In this document: positions 1 through 8,706 of the stretch, one piece after another
Numbering within the stretch: position 1 is the first letter of the stretch
How the letters are laid out: each line of letters opens with the position of its first letter
From: a virus
Taxonomy: Duplodnaviria > Caudoviricetes
Virus record (IMG/VR): IMGVR_UViG_3300020120_000103
Span: 1 to 51,639 of that record
Reading direction: 5' to 3' (one strand)
Length of the DNA: 51,639 nt
The notes under the pieces: generated by a model
What the model was told of the DNA's origin: nothing
The model's input: the letters and a program-made list of their open reading frames with translations, nothing else
The model's database searches: none
Position numbers and translations under genes: made by a program

Positions 1-19
1 CTCCTGATCACCGTACTCC
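1..19. repeat. terminal direct repeat (assembly circularisation overlap), copy 1
   Basis: ctcctgatcaccgtactcc is identical to 51621-51639. Confidence 0.95.
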
Positions 20-474
20 ATCGGGTACTCCTCGCTCTGGAACGTCACGCCTCCGGACAGAGGGCCGTTGTGACGCATGATGATGTACCTGTCCTGCGCC
101 GCGAGAGGCTTCCACGGGTCCGCTGGTCCCGGCAGCTGCGTCCACGTCCCGTGCGTCCGCACCGAGGTCACCGCCTGGTTCTTCTCGAACCAGAGGGCCA
201 TCAGCACGTCGCACGCCGCGTGTGCCATGTGAGGCAGCCCGCTCTCGGGGTCCGTCAGCTCACCCGACAGCGACGCGTAGAGGTGCCGCAGCGCCGCGTC
301 GGCCATGCGCTCCCGGCCCCGGTCGATGGTCTGGAAGTTCCAGATGGTCTTGTACTTCTGATTGCCGAAGGCGAGCACCTTGGCGACGTCGCCGATCTCC
401 TTCCAGATGCAGGCGAGCAGTCCCATCGGCGGCTTCCCTTCGTCTCGCTTGTCTACGCGGCCTTCTTCACCCAT
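1..474 (-). CDS. DUF5664-like dATP/dGTP diphosphohydrolase, 5' part (continues at 51620-51537)
   Basis: absent from ORF track; manual translation MGEEGRVDKRDEGKPPMGLL..VAKVLAFGNQKY..AALRHL..GELTDPESGLPHMAHAAC matches DUF5664 motifs. Confidence 0.8.
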   Translation of the reverse strand, partial: MGEEGRVDKRDEGKPPMGLLACIWKEIGDVAKVLAFGNQKYKTIWNFQTIDRGRERMADAALRHLYASLSGELTDPESGLPHMAHAACDVLMALWFEKNQAVTSVRTHGTWTQLPGPADPWKPLAAQDRYIIMRHNGPLSGGVTFQSEEYPMEYGDQE

Positions 475-2423
475 GGCACCAGGTCTCCGTTGTCGTTGTG
501 GATGTACACCCCGGGTTGACCCTGCAGCTCCGGCAGCCAGGGGATGAGGTGGTTCTCAGCGTCGTAGATGTCCTTCGCGTTCTTCGACCAGTAGCGGCTG
601 AGCAGAGGCACGATGTCCGGCACGCAGTCCGGCATGACCTCGCGGGCACCGTCACGCATCAACTTGCGCACCTCCATCGCTGCATCATGCGCGCCAGGAC
701 CCTCCGGGGTCTCGATGAGGAACTGGTCGTGGATCACCGCGAAGGGGCGAGATCCGAACAGCGGGCTGCTCTGGTCCACGTAGCAGGCCTTCGCGATGAG
801 CCACCCAGCCTTCTTGGTGGCTGCTGCCCCGAGACCCTGGAAGTACGTGTTCGCTCTGGCGCAGAACGGTGCCCCGGCTCTTATCATGCCCGTCCCAGGG
901 ATCACCACCTCGTCGATGTTGCCGATGTGCTGGAAGTACGCCTCCATCTCGGGCCATCGCTGGAACCACATGTCCCTCAGCCAACACGCTCTCGCATAGC
1001 CCGGCAGGTACACCTCGTGGCCGAGCTTCCGATCGAAGTACGTGTCCTGCTGCGGGTCGGGATCAGCGGGCATGGCCACTCCGCCGCTCTTGGCGAAGTT
1101 GACGAACTTCACCGGGCCGAGGCCTCCGGGAAATCCGAAGTTGGCTCCCTTGGCTCCCTGGCTGCTACGCGCGGCCTGGAATTCCTTGTCGCTCTTGTCC
1201 TTGTTGCGGTGGACCGCCTCCTCGTAGCTGATGCCGAGCATCTCTGCGGCGAGGGCCGTGTGTGGGTCCCGGCCGCTGTTGAGGACGTTGGCAAGCTCGC
1301 TGTGGCTGAAGAGCAGGAGCAGCACCTGGGCGAGAGCCCACAGCTCCAGAGTGTTGTAGTCCGCGTCGATGATGACGTAGCCCGGCCGCGGGACGAAGGC
1401 CTCGCGCACGCCTGGCATGCGGCGGAGGTTCTGGATGTTGGGCTTGCTGCAGGTGGCCCGACCGGTCTCGGCGAGACCCAGACGCGGATGGATCGGGTAC
1501 TCCAGCCCACCCTCCAGGAGCTTCACGTCGGCCGACAGCACCTTGTTGAGCGTGGTGTACTCGGCGTACATGATGAGCAGCGCGTCGCCGCTATCCTCGC
1601 ACGTGGTCCCGTCGAGCTTCGGCTGCCCGTCCGGGTGCATCGACGAGGGCGGAGTGCGCGGGCAGTCCGGGAAGACCCCCAGCATCCGCGCCATGGCCTT
1701 CTTCGTGTCGCGCTTGCCGTTCGCGCGCACGAGCCCTGCCTCCTGCAAGGTGATCAGGATCCTGTCCAGGGCCTCCTGCGTACCGCGGCGCAGGGACTCG
1801 ACCCCGCGTGCGTCGGTGCGAAGACCCCAGCAACTCATGAGGTGCTGCCAGAACGCGGCGCGGGCCTCGTGGAACTGGCTCGGGATGTACTGGACGTGCT
1901 CCTCCTGCTTGAGGGCCACGGCGAGGGTGGCCTCCGCGTCGTGGATCGGGTAGGCGAGGGCCTCCGCCGACCAGAGGTGCAGGGGCACGTCCCGGAGCGC
2001 GCCGTAGCTCGTGCGCAGGTCGTCCTTCGTCAGCATCATGCCCGCCACCCGCGCGGCCACGCCTTCCAGGCTGTAGTCCTGGTGATGGCCGTGATGGTCG
2101 AACTTGAAGGTGCCCGTCGCGATCTGCAGGAGCTGTTGGCGGATCATCGTGTCCGTGATCCTGTCCGCGTCGTAGGCCGCGAAGATCAGAGGGACGAGGT
2201 CGGGCCACTCCGCACCGAGGACCGCGAGGTCGTAGGCGACGTTGTGGCCCACGAGCGTGATGCCCGGGTCCAGGAGCTGCTCCAGGATCCACTTGTGGGC
2301 GTCGTGACGGTCGATGATCTGGGCGTCGAGGCCTGCGAACTGGAACGAGAGGCAGACCAGCTCCGGTGCCATCCGGCCTGGTCTGAACCTCTCGGTCTCT
2401 GTATCGAAGGCGACGAAGCGCAT
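453..2423 (-). CDS. DNA polymerase, family A, with 3'-5' exonuclease
   Basis: FDTET, GHNVAYD, motif A DADYNTLE, motif B KGANFG, motif C IHDQ. Confidence 0.93.
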   Translation of the reverse strand: MRFVAFDTETERFRPGRMAPELVCLSFQFAGLDAQIIDRHDAHKWILEQLLDPGITLVGHNVAYDLAVLGAEWPDLVPLIFAAYDADRITDTMIRQQLLQIATGTFKFDHHGHHQDYSLEGVAARVAGMMLTKDDLRTSYGALRDVPLHLWSAEALAYPIHDAEATLAVALKQEEHVQYIPSQFHEARAAFWQHLMSCWGLRTDARGVESLRRGTQEALDRILITLQEAGLVRANGKRDTKKAMARMLGVFPDCPRTPPSSMHPDGQPKLDGTTCEDSGDALLIMYAEYTTLNKVLSADVKLLEGGLEYPIHPRLGLAETGRATCSKPNIQNLRRMPGVREAFVPRPGYVIIDADYNTLELWALAQVLLLLFSHSELANVLNSGRDPHTALAAEMLGISYEEAVHRNKDKSDKEFQAARSSQGAKGANFGFPGGLGPVKFVNFAKSGGVAMPADPDPQQDTYFDRKLGHEVYLPGYARACWLRDMWFQRWPEMEAYFQHIGNIDEVVIPGTGMIRAGAPFCARANTYFQGLGAAATKKAGWLIAKACYVDQSSPLFGSRPFAVIHDQFLIETPEGPGAHDAAMEVRKLMRDGAREVMPDCVPDIVPLLSRYWSKNAKDIYDAENHLIPWLPELQGQPGVYIHNDNGDLVPWVKKAA

Positions 2424-2585
2424 CTACTCGCTGAGAGGGTTCTCGCTGCTGATGGGGTCGTCGAGGAAGGCGTAACTGTCGTAGTAGTCGATCGAGTCCT
2501 CGCCTCCGCCGCCGAAGGGTTCCGGCGCGCGTTCGGTGTCCGGCACCTCGTCGTTCGGCGAGGTCGGGTAGTCGTTGGGTCCCAT
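2424..2585 (-). CDS. small acidic hypothetical protein
   Basis: MGPNDYPT..; fills the gap in a tightly packed operon. Confidence 0.5.
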   Translation of the reverse strand: MGPNDYPTSPNDEVPDTERAPEPFGGGGEDSIDYYDSYAFLDDPISSENPLSE

Positions 2586-2587
2586 GG

Positions 2588-2848
2588 TCACCCCTGCAGC
2601 GCCGTGACCATGGCCACGAACACCGCGTCGTGCACGTCGGCCGGCGCGAGAGTGCGGTCGGTCGGCTTGGGGATGTTGGTGGGCAGCACCGCGCTGCGCA
2701 CCTCGGTGCCGTCGAGGAGGAAGAGGGCCACGCCGTCGAAGTCGTACTCCTCGTCGTGGAATCCTCGCACGGACTCCACCTGTGTGAAGCGGTTGTTCTC
2801 CCGGGCGCGCGCCCCGCGGAGGATGCTGTTGGCGACCATGTCGATCAT
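2588..2848 (-). CDS. hypothetical protein
   Basis: MIDMVANS..; ATGA overlap with dUTPase stop. Confidence 0.6.
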   Translation of the reverse strand: MIDMVANSILRGARARENNRFTQVESVRGFHDEEYDFDGVALFLLDGTEVRSAVLPTNIPKPTDRTLAPADVHDAVFVAMVTALQG

Positions 2849-3264
2849 GTGCCTGTGCTCCCGAGGCCCTCGGCCCCGCGTTCGGTCTTGGGAAGGATGT
2901 GGACGTACTCGATCGGCGGCAGTTCCGCCTTGTGGAATACGAGCTGTGCGATGCGCATGCCCTCGGTGACGCACATGCGGCACCCAGCGACGTTGTGCAC
3001 GCGCACGGTGATCTCGCCGGTGTAGCCCGCATCGATCACATCGCTGATGACGATCATGCCGTAGCGATTGATGGTGCTGCTGCGCGCCTTGATCTCGGCC
3101 CAGTAGCCGTCCGGGATCTTGATCTGCACCCCGGTGCGCAGCGTGGCGGTCGTCAGCGGCGGGATGGCCTTGAACTCGTTGAGCACGAGATCGTAGCCGA
3201 CATCGCCGGCGCGCTTCGGTGCGTGGAGGTGATGGGGGTGACTGCCGCTGACGAGCAGACGCAT
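2845..3264 (-). CDS. dut: trimeric dUTPase
   Basis: GDVGYDL, RSS, VIDAGYTGEI, RIAQL, ERGAEGLGSTG motifs. Confidence 0.93.
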   Translation of the reverse strand: MRLLVSGSHPHHLHAPKRAGDVGYDLVLNEFKAIPPLTTATLRTGVQIKIPDGYWAEIKARSSTINRYGMIVISDVIDAGYTGEITVRVHNVAGCRMCVTEGMRIAQLVFHKAELPPIEYVHILPKTERGAEGLGSTGT

Positions 3265-3707
3265 CAGGCCTGGTCTCCCAGGGCGGTGCAGAGCTGGCCG
3301 TAGAGCGAGTAGAGCGCGAGGCCCTCCTCGGTGTCGACCGCCTCGCGGAGGACCAGGTCGGTCTTGAAGCCTGCGGGCGTGCCGGTGATGAAGACGTCGT
3401 TCGGCAGGACGCTGAGGGCCTTCTTCAGGGCGCGGGCCATCAGCGTGTCCATGTGGACGGTGAAGTCCTGCGGGACCGTCGGCTGCGGCTCCAGGCCGCA
3501 CAGAGCCTTCAGCAGGCCTAGCGCGTCGATGATGCCGTCCTCCACGTCCTGGGGCTCGTCGTACTGCTCGGGCAGGTCACGCACCTCGTACCAGTCCGCG
3601 TTCCCGGAGTCCGCGATGGCTGCCTGCGCCGCGAGGTAGTCGGCGAAGACGCCCGGGATCTCGTCGCTCCGTTGCCCATCGCACTTCATGATGACTTCAC
3701 ACGCCAT
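3264..3707 (-). CDS. hypothetical protein
   Basis: GAGGAGG RBS before MACEV..; coupled to dUTPase. Confidence 0.65.
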   Translation of the reverse strand: MACEVIMKCDGQRSDEIPGVFADYLAAQAAIADSGNADWYEVRDLPEQYDEPQDVEDGIIDALGLLKALCGLEPQPTVPQDFTVHMDTLMARALKKALSVLPNDVFITGTPAGFKTDLVLREAVDTEEGLALYSLYGQLCTALGDQA

Positions 3708-3717
3708 GGTGGCCTCC

Positions 3718-4164
3718 TCACATGTCTGTCGCGTTGACGAATCCGATGCCCAGCTCTGCACACACCGTGCCCACCCCCGGATCGTCGTCGATCATGAGGG
3801 TGCTTGAGTAGCTCGTCTTCCACTCCGACAGGAGCGCGCGCTTCTTCTCGTGCGTCGGTGCACACGTCGGCTCTCCCACCATGGTCATGACGTCGTAGGG
3901 CACGCCGTGCACCTGGAGCCACGCTTCGGTCAGACTCCGCGCCGCCTCGGGCCTGCCGGTGAGGATGAAGATGTCGGTGTCCCTCCCGGCGTAGAGCTTG
4001 ATGTGGCGCATCCAGCGGATGACACTCCACCGCGGCAGGTCCAGGGACACGCGGCGCGGGTCCATGACCTTCAGCGCGTCAGCCAGATTCACCGGCGTGT
4101 GCGGGCGAGGGAACTTCGTGCGGCTGATGGTGCCATCGAAGTCGAAGACGTAGAGATGGCGCAT
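3718..4164 (-). CDS. HAD-family phosphatase (PNKP phosphatase-like)
   Basis: VFDFDGT, ILTGR, K, IDDD motifs. Confidence 0.85.
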   Translation of the reverse strand: MRHLYVFDFDGTISRTKFPRPHTPVNLADALKVMDPRRVSLDLPRWSVIRWMRHIKLYAGRDTDIFILTGRPEAARSLTEAWLQVHGVPYDVMTMVGEPTCAPTHEKKRALLSEWKTSYSSTLMIDDDPGVGTVCAELGIGFVNATDM

Positions 4165-4379
4165 CAGTCCTCCGGCGGCTCCATGATGCCGCCGATATCG
4201 CTGTCGAGACGCTCGACCAGGGCTGCAGCCATCTCCGTCGGCACCCTGATGCGGATCTCGCTGTCGTCCACGACGAAGTCGAGTTCGATCTCCATCTTCT
4301 GCTGCTGGGAGTTCCACTTCGCGTCCGCCCTCACTTCGATTGCTCTCATGACCACCCAACGATGCGAGCCCCGTTCCAT
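4164..4379 (-). CDS. hypothetical protein
   Basis: ORF coupled to HAD gene; start could be 4349. Confidence 0.55.
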   Translation of the reverse strand: MERGSHRWVVMRAIEVRADAKWNSQQQKMEIELDFVVDDSEIRIRVPTEMAAALVERLDSDIGGIMEPPED

Positions 4380-4443
4380 CTCTGGCCCGGGGCTCTCAAG
4401 TCGACCGTCCTCCGACGACCTCGTAGGCTATGCCAGGTTCAGC

Positions 4444-4902
4444 TTAGGCTGCCTTCGCGGGGCTCCATGCGTGGACGGTGAAGTCCAGGCCCCTGCCCGC
4501 GGTCTTCTTCATGCTCGTCTGTACGTCGACGACGAAGCCGTTGAGCTTCCCGTTGTCGATGGCGTCGTCGAGCACCTTCTCGATGGTCTCGTCGACCAGC
4601 GCTTGCTGCTCCTTCGTCTCGGCCTTGAGCACGGCGTAGAGGAACTCCTTGATGGCGCCGTACGCCACGTCCTTGTCCTTGAGACTCTGGTACCAGGTGG
4701 CCTTGCTGCCGACCGGGTGCGCGGGGTTGCTGGTGCGCTTCACCTCGAACTCCACGATGAGAGCGTCGCCGCTCTTGCGAGTGGCCTTCTCGCCCGCCCG
4801 GAGGACGAACTTGCCGATCTGCAGTTGGTACGCACCCACCCCGAGGTACGCGCCGCGCTCGAACGTCTTCGCGTTCTTCAGTCCGCTGCCTTGGAAACCC
4901 AT
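4444..4902 (-). CDS. putative single-stranded DNA-binding protein
   Basis: beta-rich ~150 aa protein in the replication module with a purine-rich leader; function inferred from context. Confidence 0.5.
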   Translation of the reverse strand: MGFQGSGLKNAKTFERGAYLGVGAYQLQIGKFVLRAGEKATRKSGDALIVEFEVKRTSNPAHPVGSKATWYQSLKDKDVAYGAIKEFLYAVLKAETKEQQALVDETIEKVLDDAIDNGKLNGFVVDVQTSMKKTAGRGLDFTVHAWSPAKAA

Positions 4903-4959
4903 CTTCTGCCTTCTCTTTCTGTTCTCGTTCTGTTCCAGCCCGATGGCCGTCGTGTCAGT

Positions 4960-5550
4960 CTAGGCAGGCTTGCGCCAGATCCAGACGCCTCCCCACCCAT
5001 TGTCGCTCGGGTGCGGTGGGCGCACCTCGGCCCCGGGCAGGAGGAGATTCACCGCCTCCAGCACGCCCGGGTAGTGAGGGTTGCAGTCGTGGCCGCTGAT
5101 GATGCCGCCCGGCACGATCCGCGGCAGCCACGCTCGGATGGCCCCCGAGACGCTCTCCAGGGTGTGGTGCTCGTCGAGGAAGAGGACGTCCACGCTCTCG
5201 TCCGGGAAGCCGTCCGCTGCCGCCACGCCTGTCGAGCGGATCAGGGTGCCGCCCATGTCGAAGAACTCCGAGCACTCGCGCATCAGCTCACCGACCGCAG
5301 CGCGCATGGGATTGCCGTAGGACGTGCACCGCGCCCAGTCCTCGTCCGAGATCTGGCCCTTGCCCTGGTGCTCCTCGAAGATGTCCACTCCGTAGATGCG
5401 CGCGATCATGTCTCGGTGATTCACGAGGTGCGCGAGCGAGGCGCCGTACGCGACCCCGACCTCGACGAACACCCCGTTGCACGGGAGCCAGTTCGTCGCC
5501 ACCTCTTCGTACCACCGCCGCAGTTCCGTACAGGTCCATCCGGGGATCAT
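4960..5550 (-). CDS. class I SAM-dependent methyltransferase (Methyltransf_24-like)
   Basis: VEVGVAYGAS, YGVD, LFLDEHH, PGGIISGHD. Confidence 0.88.
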   Translation of the reverse strand: MIPGWTCTELRRWYEEVATNWLPCNGVFVEVGVAYGASLAHLVNHRDMIARIYGVDIFEEHQGKGQISDEDWARCTSYGNPMRAAVGELMRECSEFFDMGGTLIRSTGVAAADGFPDESVDVLFLDEHHTLESVSGAIRAWLPRIVPGGIISGHDCNPHYPGVLEAVNLLLPGAEVRPPHPSDNGWGGVWIWRKPA

Positions 5551-6146
5551 GCTGCCTCCACTCTGCGCCACCAGCAGGCGCCTCTCTGTTGGGTCTTGCC
5601 GTCCTGCCACCTCTCAGCCACCGCCCGGAGCACGCCTGGGAAACCGTCCGTGTGGTCGTGCCCGGCCAGGATCCCTCCTGGCTTGATGAGCGGCTCCCAG
5701 GCGGCGAGATCGGCGGCGACGTCTTCGTAGTGGTGGCTGCCGTCGATGAACGCGAACCACACCGTCTTCGGATCGAACATGCGCGCGGCCTGGACGCTGC
5801 GGCACCGGAGGATGTTCACGCTCTCCAGGGCGAGAGGCGTGTGCTTCCACATGGTGCGGACCAGGGAGGTGTACGGACCGCCCAGCTCACGAGCCCACTT
5901 GGCGTGGTTGGCTCCCCAGGTCGGCCGGTCGCTGTCCCAGTCGTCGATGCACGGGTCCACCCCGTAGATGCGTGGGCGCTTCGTCACGCGGTAGTTCGCG
6001 GCCTCAGCGAGGTATGCGATCGAGCGGCCGAAGCCCACACCGATCTCGACGAAGGTCTCGAAGTTGGCCGCCTCGTCGACTGCCTGGTCGTAGACGTCCT
6101 GGTAGTCGAACCATCCTGGGATCTGATCCCACTTGTCTCCGCTCAT
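5547..6146 (-). CDS. class I SAM-dependent methyltransferase (Methyltransf_24-like), paralog
   Basis: VEIGVGFGRS, YGVD, FIDGSHHYE, PGGILAGHD. Confidence 0.88.
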   Translation of the reverse strand: MSGDKWDQIPGWFDYQDVYDQAVDEAANFETFVEIGVGFGRSIAYLAEAANYRVTKRPRIYGVDPCIDDWDSDRPTWGANHAKWARELGGPYTSLVRTMWKHTPLALESVNILRCRSVQAARMFDPKTVWFAFIDGSHHYEDVAADLAAWEPLIKPGGILAGHDHTDGFPGVLRAVAERWQDGKTQQRGACWWRRVEAA

Positions 6147-6148
6147 GC

Positions 6149-7027
6149 TCACTCCGCTGTTGGGATGTCGGGTTGGAACTGGAGTCCGATGAAGTTGCCG
6201 ATGCACACGCCGCAGACCCCGAGGTTCGTCTTCATGCTGTGCATCACCTCGGAGTGCTCCAGGCACAGGCAACACATCCTCTGCGGCGGCATGGGCAGGC
6301 ACTCCGGCATGCCGCTGGGCGACCACCACGACGGGTCGCTCATGGACGCCTCGCCGTAGTCCCGCCAGGTGCACTGCGGCCTGCGCGTGCTGTGCTGGTC
6401 GTTCGCGTAGGTGCTCTTGATCGTGGTGTCGTGGTCGACGATCGTCGGGCAGGGGTGCCAGACGTCGTGACCGTAGCACGCGGCGTACTGACCCATCTTC
6501 GCGTCTTCGCACTTGAAGGGCTCGTCGGTCAGCGTGCTGAGGAAGTGCCGCAGGACCGGCCGGCGGATGGCCCACGCCCATCCGACCAGCATTGCAGGCG
6601 TGCGGTACCAGCGGTGCCCTCGGCGGGCCATCTCGGGCGCCATCGGGTGCGTCGACGCCAGACCGATGATCCCGGCCTCGTCGGGCAGCGCCGAGAGCAT
6701 TGCCCGCAGGTGGTCCCAGAACCGCGGGGCGATCATCACATCGTCCTGGAGCTGGACGCACCACTCGACGGGCTGATGCGCGAGCCACTCCCACATGTCG
6801 CGCGCCCAGAGGTTGATCTTCTTCCTCTCGGTGAACTCGCGGTAGTAGACCCTCAGGCCTTCCCCTCCTCCCTCCTGGAGGGCGTCCCGCAGGCGCAGCA
6901 TGGACGCGGCGCGTTCCGGCACCCAAGGGGTGTGCGGGACAGCGAGGGCGACGTTCGGCAGCAGAGGTCGTCGCTCGGTGGGAGGCCCGTCGCTCTCCGC
7001 CACTGGGCCGTAGTCGTACTCGTCCAT
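6149..7027 (-). CDS. putative GT-A fold glycosyltransferase with C-terminal Cys cluster
   Basis: VALAVPH..R, WCVQLQDDV, ED, PTIVDH motifs; CCLC..CGVC tail. Confidence 0.65.
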   Translation of the reverse strand: MDEYDYGPVAESDGPPTERRPLLPNVALAVPHTPWVPERAASMLRLRDALQEGGGEGLRVYYREFTERKKINLWARDMWEWLAHQPVEWCVQLQDDVMIAPRFWDHLRAMLSALPDEAGIIGLASTHPMAPEMARRGHRWYRTPAMLVGWAWAIRRPVLRHFLSTLTDEPFKCEDAKMGQYAACYGHDVWHPCPTIVDHDTTIKSTYANDQHSTRRPQCTWRDYGEASMSDPSWWSPSGMPECLPMPPQRMCCLCLEHSEVMHSMKTNLGVCGVCIGNFIGLQFQPDIPTAE

Positions 7028-8706
7028 CAGTTCACCGTCCTCTCCCACCGCGCCGTGCCCCTCTGCGGGGTCGGCCAGTCCAGGTCCGCCAGCAGCACCT
7101 TCTGCGGCTGGCCCATCACCTGCTCGTGCATCTGCGCATCGGCCCGGAGCTTCTGCCACGCATCTTCGTGCTCCGCGCACATGACCAGGATGTCCACCGT
7201 GACCTCGTCCGCCTCCTGGCCATCTCGGTGCGTGCGGCCGATGAGCTGCTCCGCGGTGTCTGCACCGGGCTGCAGGCTCGTGATGAGGTTCTGGGAGAAC
7301 ATCTGGAGATTGCGCCCGGTGCCGTTCGCCGCCACCGACGCGATCACCGGCCGGTCGCCCTTCTCGCGCTCGATGGCGTTGCCCTTGCGGTCCTCGCCCT
7401 TCGATCCGAAGTACGGCGCCCCGGTCATGCGCGACAGCTCGTCGGCGAAGAACTTGTGCTCGCACCACACGATGCCCTTGTGCTGTGCCATCCACTCAGC
7501 GCACACCTTCAGGGCGCTGTCGTCGTGCCAGACCGGCTTCGAGTTGATAGTGAAGGTGTCCTTGGTGGCCCGCCACCGCACCAGCGTCATGTCCTCGTCC
7601 TCCAGGTCACCGCGGTCGATGGCGTTCACGACCTGCAGCTCACTGTCGAGCGGACTGTCGCTGTACATGGAGTCCTTGATGACCTTGCGGCAGAACTGCG
7701 ACCAGGCCTTCCGCGCATCGAGCCACTCATCAGGCGGACGCGGATCCCAGACGTAGTGCAGGCCGAGGGCCAGCTCTCGGGCGTGGCGCCAGATGTCCGT
7801 CGCCATCGAGTAGGTCCATCCGTCTGGCGTGGCCCACTCTCCGCGCAGCTTGATGAAGTTCGCCTCTGTCACCTGATTAACCGGCGCCAGTGTTCCCGTG
7901 ACCAGGAGGGAGCATGCAACCTGATCTCCTGGCGTAGACACCACACCTGGAGTCTCCAGAAGACGCGCCCGGAACCAGTCGCGTGCTGCAGAGACGTCGC
8001 TGCCGAGGACACCAGGCGCAACCCTGCTGAGAGGATTGACTTTCTCATCGAGAGCATCTGCCCATCCCTCCAGTTCGTCCCACTCCCGCGGCACCGGCGC
8101 GCCGGCCTTCAGACCCCATGCCGCGCCCCGAGCGAAGTCCCGGAGGCTGTGCTTGATGAGCGTGCCGCTCATGATCACCACGCGCGTCTCGGGGTGCGCC
8201 TCCATGTAGCGCGTAACGCGGCGGGTGCACGCGGCCTTCGGGTTCTTCACGCGGTGGCCCTCGTCCATCACGATCAGGTCGGGGCGGTAGCGCTCCAGCT
8301 CCTCGGCGGCACCGGCCCTACCCAGGGCCTGGTAGCTCATCATCTTGATGTGGCGAGGGATGAGCCAGTGCTTCATCAGCTCCCGCATCTCGTCGTGCGT
8401 CTTCTTCAGCAGCGCGGCGGGCAGTAACAGGAGTGGCCGCTTGGATTGCAGAACGTGGGGAGCCAGCAGAGATATGAGGGTCTTCCCTCCTCCCACCCGG
8501 ATCGGACCCAGAAGACCGCCGGTGACTCCGATGTCGAGCAGGGCCAGGGCCTGGACGGGTCGGAGGAGCATCGTGCCGTTAGGGTGTCGCAACGCTGCCG
8601 TAAGCTTGGCGACCAGCTCTGGGTCGATGTCGGGCCGGCGGCGCGGCAGGGCAGCGATGCGCTGGTACTCGGCGGTCGCTCGGATGCTGTGGCCACTTAG
8701 GTTCAC
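7027..8706 (-). CDS. SNF2/DEAD-like helicase
   Basis: VGGGKT, DEGH, MSGT, QLIGRTHR; GTGA start overlap at 8706. Confidence 0.9.
   Translation of the reverse strand: MNLSGHSIRATAEYQRIAALPRRRPDIDPELVAKLTAALRHPNGTMLLRPVQALALLDIGVTGGLLGPIRVGGGKTLISLLAPHVLQSKRPLLLLPAALLKKTHDEMRELMKHWLIPRHIKMMSYQALGRAGAAEELERYRPDLIVMDEGHRVKNPKAACTRRVTRYMEAHPETRVVIMSGTLIKHSLRDFARGAAWGLKAGAPVPREWDELEGWADALDEKVNPLSRVAPGVLGSDVSAARDWFRARLLETPGVVSTPGDQVACSLLVTGTLAPVNQVTEANFIKLRGEWATPDGWTYSMATDIWRHARELALGLHYVWDPRPPDEWLDARKAWSQFCRKVIKDSMYSDSPLDSELQVVNAIDRGDLEDEDMTLVRWRATKDTFTINSKPVWHDDSALKVCAEWMAQHKGIVWCEHKFFADELSRMTGAPYFGSKGEDRKGNAIEREKGDRPVIASVAANGTGRNLQMFSQNLITSLQPGADTAEQLIGRTHRDGQEADEVTVDILVMCAEHEDAWQKLRADAQMHEQVMGQPQKVLLADLDWPTPQRGTARWERTVN

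Noticed and set aside
1-19. Biological terminal repeat
   Set aside because: Falls mid-gene and is very short; best explained as an assembler overlap
1-2423. Z-genome (2-aminoadenine) pathway suggested by DUF5664 plus PolA
   Set aside because: No PurZ/adenylosuccinate-synthetase-like gene is recognisable
4420-4436. TGGCATAGCCTACGA (minus) as a fifth sigma54 promoter
   Set aside because: The -12 position is GA rather than GC and the 12-nt-to-ATG spacing is absent
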